A stretch of 64,000 nt of DNA. Origin: Frankiales bacterium. GTDB taxonomy: Bacteria; Actinomycetota; Actinomycetes; JAWWOW01. Positions 38,313 through 48,521 of this stretch are shown piece after piece; the stretch's first letter is position 1; each line of letters begins with the position of its first letter. Made by a program: the position numbers and the translations under genes. The notes beneath the pieces are model-generated. The model worked only from the letters and a program-made list of their open reading frames with translations, did not search any database and was not told the DNA's origin. The stretch is from positions 224,064-288,063 of the forward strand of contig JAWWOW010000005.1 in assembly GCA_033851265.1 (NCBI GenBank), read 5' to 3'.

Positions 38313-39263
38313 ATGACCCGCGCGCTGGACCGCGTCGGCACTGCTGGCGTGCTCGAACACGAGGCGATCTTCTACCGCGACGTTGACGACTTCGTCGACG
38401 GCGTGGGTCGTTTCGTACGCGACGGTCTGGCGGCAGGTGAGCCCGTGCTGGTGTCCGTCCCCGGTCAGCGCCATGACCCGCTGCGTGCGGCTCTCGGGGC
38501 TGAGGCTGAGCAGGTGACCCTGCTGGACATGACGACGATCGGGCGCAACCCCGGTCGGATCATCCCGGCCGTCCGCAAGTTCTGCGACGCCCAGCCGCCC
38601 GGCCGGATCCGGTTCGTCGGTGAGCCGATCTGGGTGGGGCGCAACGAAGCCGAGATTCGTGAGTGCACTCGCCACGAGGCGTTGCTCAACCTTGCGTTCC
38701 AGGACACACCGGTAACCATTCTTTGTCCTTACGACTCCGCCGGGCTCGACCCAGTGACGTTGAGCGATGCCCTGCGCACTCATCCGGTGATCGTTGATGG
38801 TGCTGAGCGGCGTGGCAGCAGCGACTACGTCGATCCACTATCCATTTACCTGTCGCCCGACTACCCACTGCCGCCACCTCCAGCGGATGCCGTGTCCTTG
38901 CAGTTCGGTCCCGGCGCACTTCCACAGATCCGACGTTTCGTCCGCGAGCGTCTCCGCGAAGCCTCGCTGGTGGGTGACCGCGGCGATGACCTGCTGCTTG
39001 CGGTCAACGAGGTCGTCACCAACTCGCTGGTGTACGGCGGAGGCCACGGCACATTGCGTCTGTGGACCGAGCCCACTCAACCGTCCGTCATCGTCGAGGT
39101 GTCCGACCGTGGCCGCATCGACGACCCACTCGTGGGGCGCCATACGCCCCGTGCCGGCGCGGAGGGTGGCCGGGGACTGTGGTTGGTACACCAGTTCTGC
39201 GACCTGGCCGAGCTCCGTTCCGACGCTAGCGGGACGACGATCCGGATCCACGCACGTATTTAG
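38313..39263 (+). CDS. MEDS-domain protein fused to GHKL (RsbW/SpoIIAB-like) anti-sigma-factor-type ATPase
   Basis: N-terminal MEDS-like block (HEAIFYRD…GEPVLV…DMTT). C-terminal HATPase_c (LAVNEVVTNSLVYGGG…GGRGLWLV). ATG 38259 is an alternative start. Confidence 0.6.
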   Translation: MTRALDRVGTAGVLEHEAIFYRDVDDFVDGVGRFVRDGLAAGEPVLVSVPGQRHDPLRAALGAEAEQVTLLDMTTIGRNPGRIIPAVRKFCDAQPPGRIRFVGEPIWVGRNEAEIRECTRHEALLNLAFQDTPVTILCPYDSAGLDPVTLSDALRTHPVIVDGAERRGSSDYVDPLSIYLSPDYPLPPPPADAVSLQFGPGALPQIRRFVRERLREASLVGDRGDDLLLAVNEVVTNSLVYGGGHGTLRLWTEPTQPSVIVEVSDRGRIDDPLVGRHTPRAGAEGGRGLWLVHQFCDLAELRSDASGTTIRIHARI

Positions 39264-40165
39264 GCCGCGTCGCCGGCCAACCCGGGCAAGCCGATGGGGT
39301 TCATCGGGGGCATCGCCTCTGCTGCGGCGCGTGCCAGTGGTGTCAGCCGTTCAACGAGTCGGTCGGTCTCACCGCCGAGCGCTTGCCACGGCCCGCCGGC
39401 ATCGCGGTCGGTAGCCGCCTCGACCTGACTCCATTCCTCGACACCCGCGGTAGTCGGCGTACGGGCGTTGTCGTCGAGCCAGCCGCGCTCAACGAGACGT
39501 TGCTCGGCGTCGGCCCATTGCTCATCGGCCCAACCACGATTGGGCTGCAGGTCGTGTCGACGCAAGTCGAGGGCGCTTCGCCATACCAAGACCGAGCAGC
39601 CGTCGAGGCCGGCGCGCCGCACCGCAGCGACGTGCCCATCGCCGCGGTGCTCGCGCAGCACAGTCGTCGCTTGCCAGACGCGTGCAACCGGATCGATCGG
39701 CCACGGAAGCACGGCGTTGGCGGCGCCGAGAATCCGCCCCGAGTAGTCGAGGAGGCTGCACGCCTCCTCGAGCCGATCCGCGATCGGCACGAGGATCGAC
39801 TCGTCGGCGTTGTCCCAGAGCCGGCGCAGCGCGGCAACAGCACCGGCGATCCGCGCATCCAGCGCTGCCTTCGGTGTTGCGCGCTGCCAGACACCGGGCA
39901 GGGCGCGTTCCACCATCGATGGCGCGAAGGAGAAAAAGCTGGCCAGGACCGGCGCTGCGTCGACGTCACCAAGCGGTGCGGCGCGTCCAGCGAAGTAGCC
40001 ACGCCAGAACCCTCGCAGTCCCGCTGCTTCGAAATGCTCGCGAGCCTCCGGCGTGAAGTACGTGACCGCGTGGATCGGCTCGAAGCGCGTCCACAACGTG
40101 CGGGCAACGGATTGCTCCACGCACCTAGTGTGCCGGTTCGCCGCGGATCGAGGTGGGAACGCCAC
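39260..40165 (-). CDS. conserved hypothetical protein (SCO6745-family-like)
   Basis: Long ORF with good codon bias. Recognised only by recall of a similar actinobacterial family. Confidence 0.45.
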   Translation of the reverse strand: MAFPPRSAANRHTRCVEQSVARTLWTRFEPIHAVTYFTPEAREHFEAAGLRGFWRGYFAGRAAPLGDVDAAPVLASFFSFAPSMVERALPGVWQRATPKAALDARIAGAVAALRRLWDNADESILVPIADRLEEACSLLDYSGRILGAANAVLPWPIDPVARVWQATTVLREHRGDGHVAAVRRAGLDGCSVLVWRSALDLRRHDLQPNRGWADEQWADAEQRLVERGWLDDNARTPTTAGVEEWSQVEAATDRDAGGPWQALGGETDRLVERLTPLARAAAEAMPPMNPIGLPGLAGDAA

Positions 40166-40169
40166 CGTT

Positions 40170-40700
40170 ATGGCAGTTGAAGCTGGTATTCGTGAGGTCG
40201 GCGATGCGGCCGAGCGGGTGCAGCGTGACTATGGTCGCGATGACTCCCCGCTGGGTGGTTATCTGGCGACGAACGCGGTGTACGTCGCTCTGAGCGCTGG
40301 GCTGCTCGGACTCGCCCGCGCTCGCCGCGTGAAGCTGCCGAAGCGAATCTCAGCCGGTGATCTCACCCTGCTTGCTGTCGCGACGCACAAGATGAGTCGC
40401 ACGCTCGCCAAGGACTCGGTCACCAGCCCGTTGCGTGCACCATTCACTCGGTTCAAGGGTGCTGCGGACTCGCCGGGGGAGGTGATCGAGGAGGTGCACG
40501 GCAGCGGGTGGCGCAAGGCCGTCGGTGAGCTACTCACCTGCCCCTTCTGCCTTGATCAGTGGGTCGCTACCGGATTCGTTGCGGGTCTGGTGGCGGCGCC
40601 CCGCGCGACGCGGCTCATCGCCTCGACGTTCGCCGTACGTTCTGGCGCTGATCTGCTGCACCATGCGTACGTCGCAACGGAGCGGTTGGCCAACAAGTAG
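40170..40700 (+). CDS. DUF1360 domain membrane protein
   Basis: TCPFCLDQWVATGF motif. Internal ATG at 40170 (MAVEAGIREV…). Confidence 0.6.
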   Translation: MAVEAGIREVGDAAERVQRDYGRDDSPLGGYLATNAVYVALSAGLLGLARARRVKLPKRISAGDLTLLAVATHKMSRTLAKDSVTSPLRAPFTRFKGAADSPGEVIEEVHGSGWRKAVGELLTCPFCLDQWVATGFVAGLVAAPRATRLIASTFAVRSGADLLHHAYVATERLANK

Positions 40701-40701
40701 T

Positions 40702-41757
40702 TCAGGGCGTCGGTAAGTGAGCGAGCGCCGTGCCCGCGTGCTTAGGTTCGAGCCGACCGACACTGACGAGGCCGAGCAACGCGTCGCGAATCGTTTCGTG
40801 CAAATCGCGCAGGTTGATCCCGAGGTCTTCGCGGATGCCGCGGTCGTCGGTCGGGACCCACAACGTGAGCAGGTTCATGCCTTCGTGGGTGAACACCGAG
40901 TCGATCGGCACGACGTGCATCGCCGCGTCCACGGCGTACCCGAGTGCACGCAGACCACCGCCCGGCATCGGGACGATCGGGAACCTGCGACCGGTCACCT
41001 CGCGCAGCACGCGCGCATACTCCGGCATCCGGACGAAGTGACCGCCGCACATGTAGCGGCGGGGCCCGCGACCCGGTTGCAATGCAGCGGCGTGGATCAG
41101 TGCAAGGTCGCGCACGTCGATGACGGACAGCGCGCCGGCGGACAGCATCACGCCATAGCGCGCGTACGGCTCTAAGGCGCGGATCGACTCACCGAGCGCA
41201 GCGCCCGCGGGCGGGCCCCACACGGCGGCCGGGTAGGTGATGACGATCGGAGCGCCTTCGGCCTGGCGCCTGCGCACGTGCTCCTCGGCGAGGGATTTCG
41301 ACTGGCCGTACGCCGCTTCCGACGTCGCGGGCGGCAGGTTCGCATGAATCAGGGGTACGCCGGGCTGCCACAGCGCGGCGACGCTCGACACATGGATGAT
41401 CGGGTCACAGCCTTGGGCGATCGCGGCATCAATGACGACCTCAGTGCCGCGGGGGTTCGACGCGAGCACCTCGGCACCACGTCGGCGTTCCACGGACACC
41501 TCGGCGGCCGCATGGAAGACCGCGTCGCACCCGTCGAGAGCACGACCGACGATCTGCTCGTCGCGCATGTCGCCGACGACGTAGTCGTCGATGGTGACGC
41601 CGAGCGGATGGAGACTCTCCTCGATGCGTTTCGGGCTGCGGACGAGCAACCGCACCGAGTGCCCAGCGTCGTTGAGCGCCTTGACCGTGTGCGCACCGAT
41701 GAAGCCGGTGCCCCCGGTTACGAGGACGCGCATATGCGGACCGGCAGCGTCAGCCAC
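40702..41757 (-). CDS. NAD-dependent epimerase/dehydratase family (extended SDR)
   Basis: VLVTGGTGFIGAH Rossmann motif. Start either 41757 or 41733. Confidence 0.75.
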   Translation of the reverse strand: MADAAGPHMRVLVTGGTGFIGAHTVKALNDAGHSVRLLVRSPKRIEESLHPLGVTIDDYVVGDMRDEQIVGRALDGCDAVFHAAAEVSVERRRGAEVLASNPRGTEVVIDAAIAQGCDPIIHVSSVAALWQPGVPLIHANLPPATSEAAYGQSKSLAEEHVRRRQAEGAPIVITYPAAVWGPPAGAALGESIRALEPYARYGVMLSAGALSVIDVRDLALIHAAALQPGRGPRRYMCGGHFVRMPEYARVLREVTGRRFPIVPMPGGGLRALGYAVDAAMHVVPIDSVFTHEGMNLLTLWVPTDDRGIREDLGINLRDLHETIRDALLGLVSVGRLEPKHAGTALAHLPTP

Positions 41758-43198
41758 TCCAGCCGAGCGGCATCAGGATCTGCTTGGTCTCGGTGAAAGC
41801 CAGGAGTCCTTCGACCCCGTCTTCGCGGCCGATGCCGGAGTTCTTGTATCCGCCGAACGGTCCGGCCATGTCGAAGGCGTACCAGTTGATGGCAAACGTG
41901 CCGGTGCGCACACGCCGGGCGATGTCGAGGCCGCGTTCGATGTCGTTGGTCCAGACCGATCCTGCGAGTCCATAGTCGGAGTCGTTCGCGATCCGGACGG
42001 CTTCGTCGACGTCGTCGTACGGGATCACCGACAGGACGGGACCGAAGATCTCCTCCTGAGCAATCGTCATCTTGTTGTCGACGTTGGCGAAGACCGTGGG
42101 TTCGACGTACCAGCCGGTGTCGAGACCGGCTGGCCGGCCACCGCCGGTGACCAGTCGCGCGCCTTCTGCCTTGCCCTTCGCGATGTAGCCCTCGACGCGG
42201 TCCCGCTGGCGTTCGGCGACCAGCGGTCCCATCTGCGCTTCTGGGTCGTTCGGCGGGCCGACCTTGAACGCGGCAGCGGCGGCGGCGACCGCCTCGGTGA
42301 TCTCGTCGTAGCGCGCCCGCGGCGCGAGGATGCGCGTCTGCGCAACGCACGCCTGGCCGCTGTTGTTGAGGCCGGAGCCGACGAGACCGTCGACGTTTGC
42401 AGCGAGGTCGAAGTCCTCGAGCAGTATCGCTGCCGATTTGCCGCCGAGCTCCAAGGTGCAGCGCTTCAACCGCTCCGCCGCCAGGGCGCCGACCTTCTTG
42501 CCGGCCGCGACACTGCCGGTGAAGCTCACCTTGTCGATGCCGGGGTGGGTGACGAGATGCTCGCCGACCTCGCGGCCAGCCGGGAGGACCGACAGCACGC
42601 CTTCGGGGAGTCCGGCCTCGGCGAACCATTCTGCAACGATGTTGGTGGCGAGTGGTGTCTCTGGCGCTGGCTTGAGTACGACGGTGCAACCCGCGAGCAG
42701 CGCCGGAACGAGTTTGTTGAACGCGAGGAACAGCGGGACGTTCCACGCGATGATCGCGGCGACCACCCCGACGGGCTCCTTGCGCACGCGGAACGTGCCG
42801 AAGATGCCCTGCTTCTCCTCTTCCCACGGGAAGCTGTCGGCGAGTGCGGGGTACCAGCCGAGCACAGCCTGCGACGGGAAGACCTGCATCATCTGCACGG
42901 GCAGCGCGGGCTGACCCAACTCGCTGGAGATGACCTGCACGATGTCGTCGGTGCGAGCGCTGAGCGTCTCGAGCACCTTCGTCAGGATGGCGGCGCGCTC
43001 GCTTGGCGCCATCGTCGGCCATGGACCCTCGTCGAACGCCTTGCGCGCGGCGGCAACCGCTGCATCAACGTCGGCCTCGACGGCTTCCGGCGTACTGCCG
43101 ACGCGTTCGAGTGTTGCGGGGGAGTGGACCTCGATGATCCGGTCACTTGCGGGTGTGACCCACTCGCCACCGATGAACAGCTTGTCGTAGTCGCGCAT
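41750..43198 (-). CDS. aldehyde dehydrogenase family protein
   Basis: ALDH family. Start taken at the internal Met of MRDYDKLFIGGEW (N-terminal ORF extension rejected), giving 482 aa. GGAGGGG Shine-Dalgarno. Confidence 0.85.
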   Translation of the reverse strand: MRDYDKLFIGGEWVTPASDRIIEVHSPATLERVGSTPEAVEADVDAAVAAARKAFDEGPWPTMAPSERAAILTKVLETLSARTDDIVQVISSELGQPALPVQMMQVFPSQAVLGWYPALADSFPWEEEKQGIFGTFRVRKEPVGVVAAIIAWNVPLFLAFNKLVPALLAGCTVVLKPAPETPLATNIVAEWFAEAGLPEGVLSVLPAGREVGEHLVTHPGIDKVSFTGSVAAGKKVGALAAERLKRCTLELGGKSAAILLEDFDLAANVDGLVGSGLNNSGQACVAQTRILAPRARYDEITEAVAAAAAAFKVGPPNDPEAQMGPLVAERQRDRVEGYIAKGKAEGARLVTGGGRPAGLDTGWYVEPTVFANVDNKMTIAQEEIFGPVLSVIPYDDVDEAVRIANDSDYGLAGSVWTNDIERGLDIARRVRTGTFAINWYAFDMAGPFGGYKNSGIGREDGVEGLLAFTETKQILMPLGWSG

Positions 43199-43306
43199 GA
43201 CCCCTCCGGCTCCGCCCATGTCGTTCGCTGCGAGACCTGACAGTGTGTCAGATGGTTTGCCTCGTCGCCCGGACGGTGATCGAGGACGAGAGTCCGTGCC
43301 GGGGGA

Positions 43307-43780
43307 GTGACCTGCCTGTTGCGTCCGGGACTGTCCCGTCATGATCGATGGTGTGCGCGACAGTCCGAACGCTGGTGGAAGCTCATTGCAATGGCCGGTG
43401 TCGTCGTTGCGCTGTTAGGTGTCGCGGCTACCTACGCGGTCCGCTACCAACCCGTCCGTCATGCGTGCGAGGCCATGACCGCGCAATCGAGCGATTGGCA
43501 GATCGACGAGTCGGCCCCGACGGTGGATACGACGAGCGTCGTTCGGGCAGCCCAGAAAGTGCAGCGAACGGCTGAACACGTCAGCGATCCCGAGGTTCGG
43601 GCGGCCGGACTCACCCTGTCGTCGAGCTTGTCCGCGCTGGCGGACGCGTACACAGTCAAATGGGTTCAGGACCCCGACTCGAACCAATCACGATGGGGTG
43701 TAGCAAGAGTGCGGGTCAACACGGCGTGGACGAATATGCGCGTGGCCTGCAACCTGCCGACTGTCTTCGAAGAGGACTAA
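43307..43780 (+). CDS. hypothetical membrane-anchored protein
   Basis: One TM (AMAGVVVALLGVAATYAV) then a soluble domain. No recognisable family. Confidence 0.35.
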   Translation: MTCLLRPGLSRHDRWCARQSERWWKLIAMAGVVVALLGVAATYAVRYQPVRHACEAMTAQSSDWQIDESAPTVDTTSVVRAAQKVQRTAEHVSDPEVRAAGLTLSSSLSALADAYTVKWVQDPDSNQSRWGVARVRVNTAWTNMRVACNLPTVFEED

Positions 43781-43795
43781 CTCCCGCGCGGTGAT

Positions 43796-44707
43796 TCAGC
43801 CACGGCTCCAGGGATCGTGGCCGCCGATGCTGGCCGTCACCTCGTCAGCGGTACGCATGAGCGAGGTGGCAGCGGTGCGGACGTCAGTGCCGGAGATGCC
43901 CGATCGCATCGGCAGGACGGCGAGCAGGAACGCCATGTGTCCGCTGCGTTCGAACACCGGCGCGCAGATCGTGCTGACGTCGTACCTCTTGCGTCCGTTG
44001 AGATCGCCGATGAGATAGGGCTGTACGCCGGCCGGCATGCGTTGTTGGAGCAGCTCGCCGAGCCGCGCTGCCAACTGCGTGTCGGCGACGTCGGACAGCA
44101 ACGCGTAAAGACCCGCATCCGGTTCGCCGAGCCCGACAACGAGATGACCGCGGGTGCGGCTGGACTCGACAACGGTGCGCAGCTGCTCGGGTTCGGTCGT
44201 CAGCGGGGGCAGCGGTTCGCTCGCGAGCCATGCCTCGACCGTGCGGTCGTCCTCCCAAGCGACGAACATGACACCGGACGGCGGGGCGAACGGATAGCGC
44301 TGGCCGACGCGGAACGCGGGGCCAAGTGCAGTGTTCGTCCGGCCGGGCGGGTCGGTGCGAGCGAGCACGGTGACGAGGTCATCGACGACGGCGGACGCCG
44401 TGCAGGCCATCCCCACCTCGCGGGTGAGCGACGCCATGTGCGGCCGGGCCAGGTGGACCGCCGCGAAGCCTTCTTCGGCGGCTGCGCCCGCAGCGAGCAT
44501 GGTGGCCCCGGGGCGGTAGGTCTTGGTGCCGGGGTCGCGGGACAGCCAGCCTGACTCGGCCAGCTCGTTGAGGATGCCGAGGCAGGTGGCCTTGCTGATG
44601 CCGGTGTCTTTGGCGAGCTCGGCGAGCGTGAAACTGTGACCCGGCCGGCGTACGACGGTGTCGAGGAGTTGGGCCACTCGTCTGGTCGGTGGAGACTGCC
44701 TGGACAC
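43796..44707 (-). CDS. IclR family transcriptional regulator
   Basis: N-terminal HTH (FTLAELAKDTGISKATCLGILNEL) plus IclR effector domain. GTG start chosen at 44707. Confidence 0.7.
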   Translation of the reverse strand: MSRQSPPTRRVAQLLDTVVRRPGHSFTLAELAKDTGISKATCLGILNELAESGWLSRDPGTKTYRPGATMLAAGAAAEEGFAAVHLARPHMASLTREVGMACTASAVVDDLVTVLARTDPPGRTNTALGPAFRVGQRYPFAPPSGVMFVAWEDDRTVEAWLASEPLPPLTTEPEQLRTVVESSRTRGHLVVGLGEPDAGLYALLSDVADTQLAARLGELLQQRMPAGVQPYLIGDLNGRKRYDVSTICAPVFERSGHMAFLLAVLPMRSGISGTDVRTAATSLMRTADEVTASIGGHDPWSRG

Positions 44708-44790
44708 GAACGCTCCTCTGCCGGTAGCGTTCCCATACTGCACCAGGTCGTTGCAAATGTGCAACAACCGCTCCTCAGGAGGACACGCAC

Positions 44791-45921
44791 ATGGAGTTCG
44801 GCCTCTTCATCCAGAACTTCGTCCCGAACTCCCGGCGCGCGGTCGATCCCGACGCCGAACACCACGCGATCTTCGAAGACATCGAAGCCGTGATCGCCGC
44901 CGACAAGGCCGGCTTCAAATACGTGTGGCTCACCGAGCACCACTTCCTCGACGAGTACTCCCACCTATCGGCCAACGATGTCGTCGCGGGCTATCTCGCT
45001 GCGAAGACCGAGCGCATCCACGTCGGCTCCGGCATCTTCAACCCGCTGCCGCAGGTCAACCACCCGGCCAAGGTCGCGGAGCGAGTCAACTATCTCGACC
45101 AGCTGACGCACGGCCGGTTCGAGTTCGGCACCGGTCGCGGCGCGGGCAGCCACGAGATCCTCGGCTTCCTCCATCACGCGGGCATCACCGACACGAACAT
45201 CACGAAGGAAATCTGGGAAGACGTCATCCACGAGTTCCCGAAGATGTTCATGCAGGAGACCTACGAGGGTTACGAGGGCAAGTACTGGTCGCTGCCGCCG
45301 CGCAAGATCCTGCCCCGTCCCTACGGCAAGGGGCACGCGCCGATGTGGTACGCCGCGGGCAATCCGCCGTCCTACGAGATGGCCGGCCGGATGGGCCTCG
45401 GCGTGCTCGGCTTCTCCCTCGACAGCCTCGACAAGGTGGAGAAGCTGCGGTCGGCGTACAAGAACGGCATCGCCAACGCGGAGCCGGTCGGAGCGTTCGC
45501 CAACGACAACATCATGAGCTGCATCGCGGCCTACGTCGCCGAGGACAAGCAGAAGGCGATCGACTCCTACGTCAACTGCAAGCCGAACTATCTCGTCAGC
45601 AACGTCTATCGCTACCACGACACGTTCCCCCGTCCTGCGCACATCCCGGCGTGGCCAGAACTGCTGGCGGACGGCACACCGGAGATGGCAGAGCTCGGTG
45701 CGCAGTACGGCGGCCTTGTCATCGGATCGCCTGATGACGCGCTCGCGCAATGCAAGCGCTGGGAAGAGACCGGGATCGACCAGCTCGTGTTCGGCATCGG
45801 ACCGGCACCGATCGAGGAGACGCTCGAGATGATCCGGCTGATGGGCGAGCACGTCATCCCGAAGATCGACACCGACCCCGTGCACCGGACGACCAAGTTC
45901 CGCGAAGCAGCCAAGGTCTGA
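44791..45921 (+). CDS. LLM-class flavin-dependent oxidoreductase (luciferase-like monooxygenase)
   Basis: MEFGLFIQNF…YVWLTEHHF… LLM hallmarks. AGGAGGA Shine-Dalgarno. Confidence 0.8.
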   Translation: MEFGLFIQNFVPNSRRAVDPDAEHHAIFEDIEAVIAADKAGFKYVWLTEHHFLDEYSHLSANDVVAGYLAAKTERIHVGSGIFNPLPQVNHPAKVAERVNYLDQLTHGRFEFGTGRGAGSHEILGFLHHAGITDTNITKEIWEDVIHEFPKMFMQETYEGYEGKYWSLPPRKILPRPYGKGHAPMWYAAGNPPSYEMAGRMGLGVLGFSLDSLDKVEKLRSAYKNGIANAEPVGAFANDNIMSCIAAYVAEDKQKAIDSYVNCKPNYLVSNVYRYHDTFPRPAHIPAWPELLADGTPEMAELGAQYGGLVIGSPDDALAQCKRWEETGIDQLVFGIGPAPIEETLEMIRLMGEHVIPKIDTDPVHRTTKFREAAKV

Positions 45922-45924
45922 GGA

Positions 45925-47343
45925 GTGACCGACGGGGACGCGTTCCTGGCGCAGCTGCGCGCTGACCTGGGCGCGTCCGGGGCGCCGCACGTCGGGCGGC
46001 ACGCGATCACGACGACGGCGATCGCCGACTGGTGTGACGCCATCGGGGATGACAATCCTTGCTACACCGACGAGATGTACGCCGCCGCGTCGATCCACGG
46101 CGGCGTTGTTGCACCGCCGGCGACGCTCGACATCTGGGACCGGCCGGGCCTGCCGGCGAGCCAACCCGGTGGCCGGGCGGGCACCGACCCGCGCAGCAAG
46201 GTGATCGCGCTGCTCGAGCAAAGCGGATTCACCTCGGTCGTCGCCGTCAACTCAGAGCTCGAGTTGCAGCGCTATCTGCGTCCCGGTGAGGTGCTGCAGA
46301 ACGTGCAGATCCTCGAAGACGTCTCCCCGGAGAAGCACACCGGTCTGGGCAGCGGACACTTCGTCACCACACGCCACCGCTACCTGACTGTCGATGGCGA
46401 GCATGTCGGCGACCTGTTGTTCCGCATCCTGAAGTTCAAGCCCGGCACGGCCCGCGTCGCTGCACCTGAAGAAGGCGCACCGGCCAAACCCGACCCTGAC
46501 CCGGCACTGCGACCGCGACCGGCGATCAATCGCGACAACCAGTTCTTCTGGGACGGCGCCCGGCAACACGAGCTGCGCATCCAACGCTGCACCGGCTGCG
46601 GCGCGCTGCACTTCCCGCCGTCACCGCGGTGCTGGGAGTGCGGCGCGTTCACCTACGACTGGGTCGTGTCCTCCGGCCGTGGCCGCCTCTACTCCTACGC
46701 CGTCCCGCACTACCCGCAAGCCAACGGCTTCGACTATCCCGTGCTCGTCGGCCTGGTCGAGCTCGATGAGGGCGTGCGCCTGGTGTCGAACATCGTCGGC
46801 TGTCGACGTGAGCACCTGCAGGTCGGCATGCCGCTCGAGTTGGAATGGCTCGACAGTCACCCCGCACTCGTGGAGGGTGCGTCGGACTCTCGCGGTGCCG
46901 TATCACTTCCGCAGTTCCGCCCTGCGACGCCGCGACGGAACGAGCAGACGCTCCGCGCCGCCGAGGTCGAGGGCCAGCGGCTGCCGATCTGGTCATTGCC
47001 GGTGACGCCGACTCTTGTGGTCAGTGGCGCACTTGCCACCCGCGACTTCACTCCGGTGCATCACGACCGTGATCTCGCGATCCGCCAAGGTTCGAAGGAC
47101 ATCTTCCTGAACATCAACACGACGCTCGGTCTCATGGCGCGTTACGTCACCGACTGGGCCGGCCCCGAGGCAAGGGTGAGCGCGCTGCGCGTGCGGCTCG
47201 GCGCATCGGCGTACCCCAATGACCCCCTGACGTTCGAGGGCGCGGTGCAAACCATCGACGGCAATGCGGTCACGGTCGGTGTTCGTGCATCGAACTCGCT
47301 CGGTGATCATGCATCCGGCACGGTGGAGCTGGTCTTGCCATGA
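45925..47343 (+). CDS. triple-domain fusion: MaoC-like hotdog, DUF35 (Zn-ribbon + OB fold), MaoC-like dehydratase hotdog (ChsH-like)
   Basis: DUF35 core CTGCGALHFPPSPRCWECG…YSYAVPHYP…PVLVGLVEL flanked by two hotdog-fold segments. ATGA overlap with the downstream thiolase. Confidence 0.65.
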   Translation: MTDGDAFLAQLRADLGASGAPHVGRHAITTTAIADWCDAIGDDNPCYTDEMYAAASIHGGVVAPPATLDIWDRPGLPASQPGGRAGTDPRSKVIALLEQSGFTSVVAVNSELELQRYLRPGEVLQNVQILEDVSPEKHTGLGSGHFVTTRHRYLTVDGEHVGDLLFRILKFKPGTARVAAPEEGAPAKPDPDPALRPRPAINRDNQFFWDGARQHELRIQRCTGCGALHFPPSPRCWECGAFTYDWVVSSGRGRLYSYAVPHYPQANGFDYPVLVGLVELDEGVRLVSNIVGCRREHLQVGMPLELEWLDSHPALVEGASDSRGAVSLPQFRPATPRRNEQTLRAAEVEGQRLPIWSLPVTPTLVVSGALATRDFTPVHHDRDLAIRQGSKDIFLNINTTLGLMARYVTDWAGPEARVSALRVRLGASAYPNDPLTFEGAVQTIDGNAVTVGVRASNSLGDHASGTVELVLP

Positions 47344-48518
47344 CCAAGCACGGTTACGCCGGCAACACGGCGATCGTCGGCATCGGCGCAACGGAGTTCT
47401 CCAAGAACTCCGGCCGCAGTGAGTTGCAACTCGCCCTCGAAGCCTGTGTCGCAGCGTGCGCGGACGCGGGGATCGACCCGTCGCAGGTCAACGGGCTGTC
47501 GACCTTCACGATGGAGACGAATCCAGAGACCGACATCATGCGCAGCCTCGGCATCAAAGAGCTGACGCACTTCAGTCGGATCCACTTCGGCGGCGGCGCG
47601 CCGTGCGGCACCGTGCAGTACGCCGCCATGGCCGTCAACGAGGGCGTCGCTGACTATGTGCTCTGCTACCGCGCGTTCAACGAACGGTCGGGCGCGCGCT
47701 TCGGTGCCGGCGTACAGAACCGGCCCGCCGGTGCAACAGCCGAGGAAGCGCAATACGCATGGACCTCGCCGTACGGCTTGCTCACACCCGCGTCGTGGGT
47801 GGCGATGTTCGCGACCCGGCTGATGCATGAGTACGGCGTGACCAGCGAAGACTTCGGCCGTGTTGCCGTCGCAGATCGCAAACACGCGGCGACGAACCCG
47901 GCGGCGCACTTCTATGGCAAGCCGATCACCTTGCAGGACCACCAAGACTCACGCTGGATCGTCGAGCCGCTGCACCTGCTCGATTGCTGCCAGGAAACCG
48001 ATGGTGGACAAGCGATTCTGGTCACGACGGCGGATCGTGCGCGCGATCTCAAACAGTCGCCGGTTGTCATCAAGGCGGCTGCCCAAGGGATGGCGGAAGA
48101 CCAGCAGATGATGCGGTCGTACTTCCGCAACAGCCTGGTCGGGTTGCCCGAGATGGGCCTGTGCGCGCGCCAGATCTGGGAGAGCTCGGGACTCGGTCCG
48201 AACGACGTGCAAACCGCCGTGATCTACGACCACTTCACGCCCTTCGTGCTCCCACAACTAGAAGAGTTCGGCTTCTGTAAGCCGGGCGAGGCCAAGGACT
48301 TCATCGCCGACGGCGCGATCGAGCTCGGTGGTCGGCTGCCGGTGAACACCCACGGCGGCCAGCTCGGCGAGGCCTATCTCCACGGCATGAACGGCATCGC
48401 GGAAGGCGTGCGACAAGTGCGTGGCAACGCTGTCAACCAGGTGCCGGACACCACCAACGTGCTCGTCACTGCGGGCACCGGAGTGCCGACGAGCGCTCTG
48501 CTGCTGGGAGCCGGCTAG
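47340..48518 (+). CDS. thiolase-like lipid-transfer protein (Ltp/SCP-x type)
   Basis: Thiolase N/C domains with Ltp-type N-terminus MTKHGYAGNTAIVGIGATEFSKNSGRSE. Confidence 0.8.
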   Translation: MTKHGYAGNTAIVGIGATEFSKNSGRSELQLALEACVAACADAGIDPSQVNGLSTFTMETNPETDIMRSLGIKELTHFSRIHFGGGAPCGTVQYAAMAVNEGVADYVLCYRAFNERSGARFGAGVQNRPAGATAEEAQYAWTSPYGLLTPASWVAMFATRLMHEYGVTSEDFGRVAVADRKHAATNPAAHFYGKPITLQDHQDSRWIVEPLHLLDCCQETDGGQAILVTTADRARDLKQSPVVIKAAAQGMAEDQQMMRSYFRNSLVGLPEMGLCARQIWESSGLGPNDVQTAVIYDHFTPFVLPQLEEFGFCKPGEAKDFIADGAIELGGRLPVNTHGGQLGEAYLHGMNGIAEGVRQVRGNAVNQVPDTTNVLVTAGTGVPTSALLLGAG

Positions 48519-48521
48519 CGC

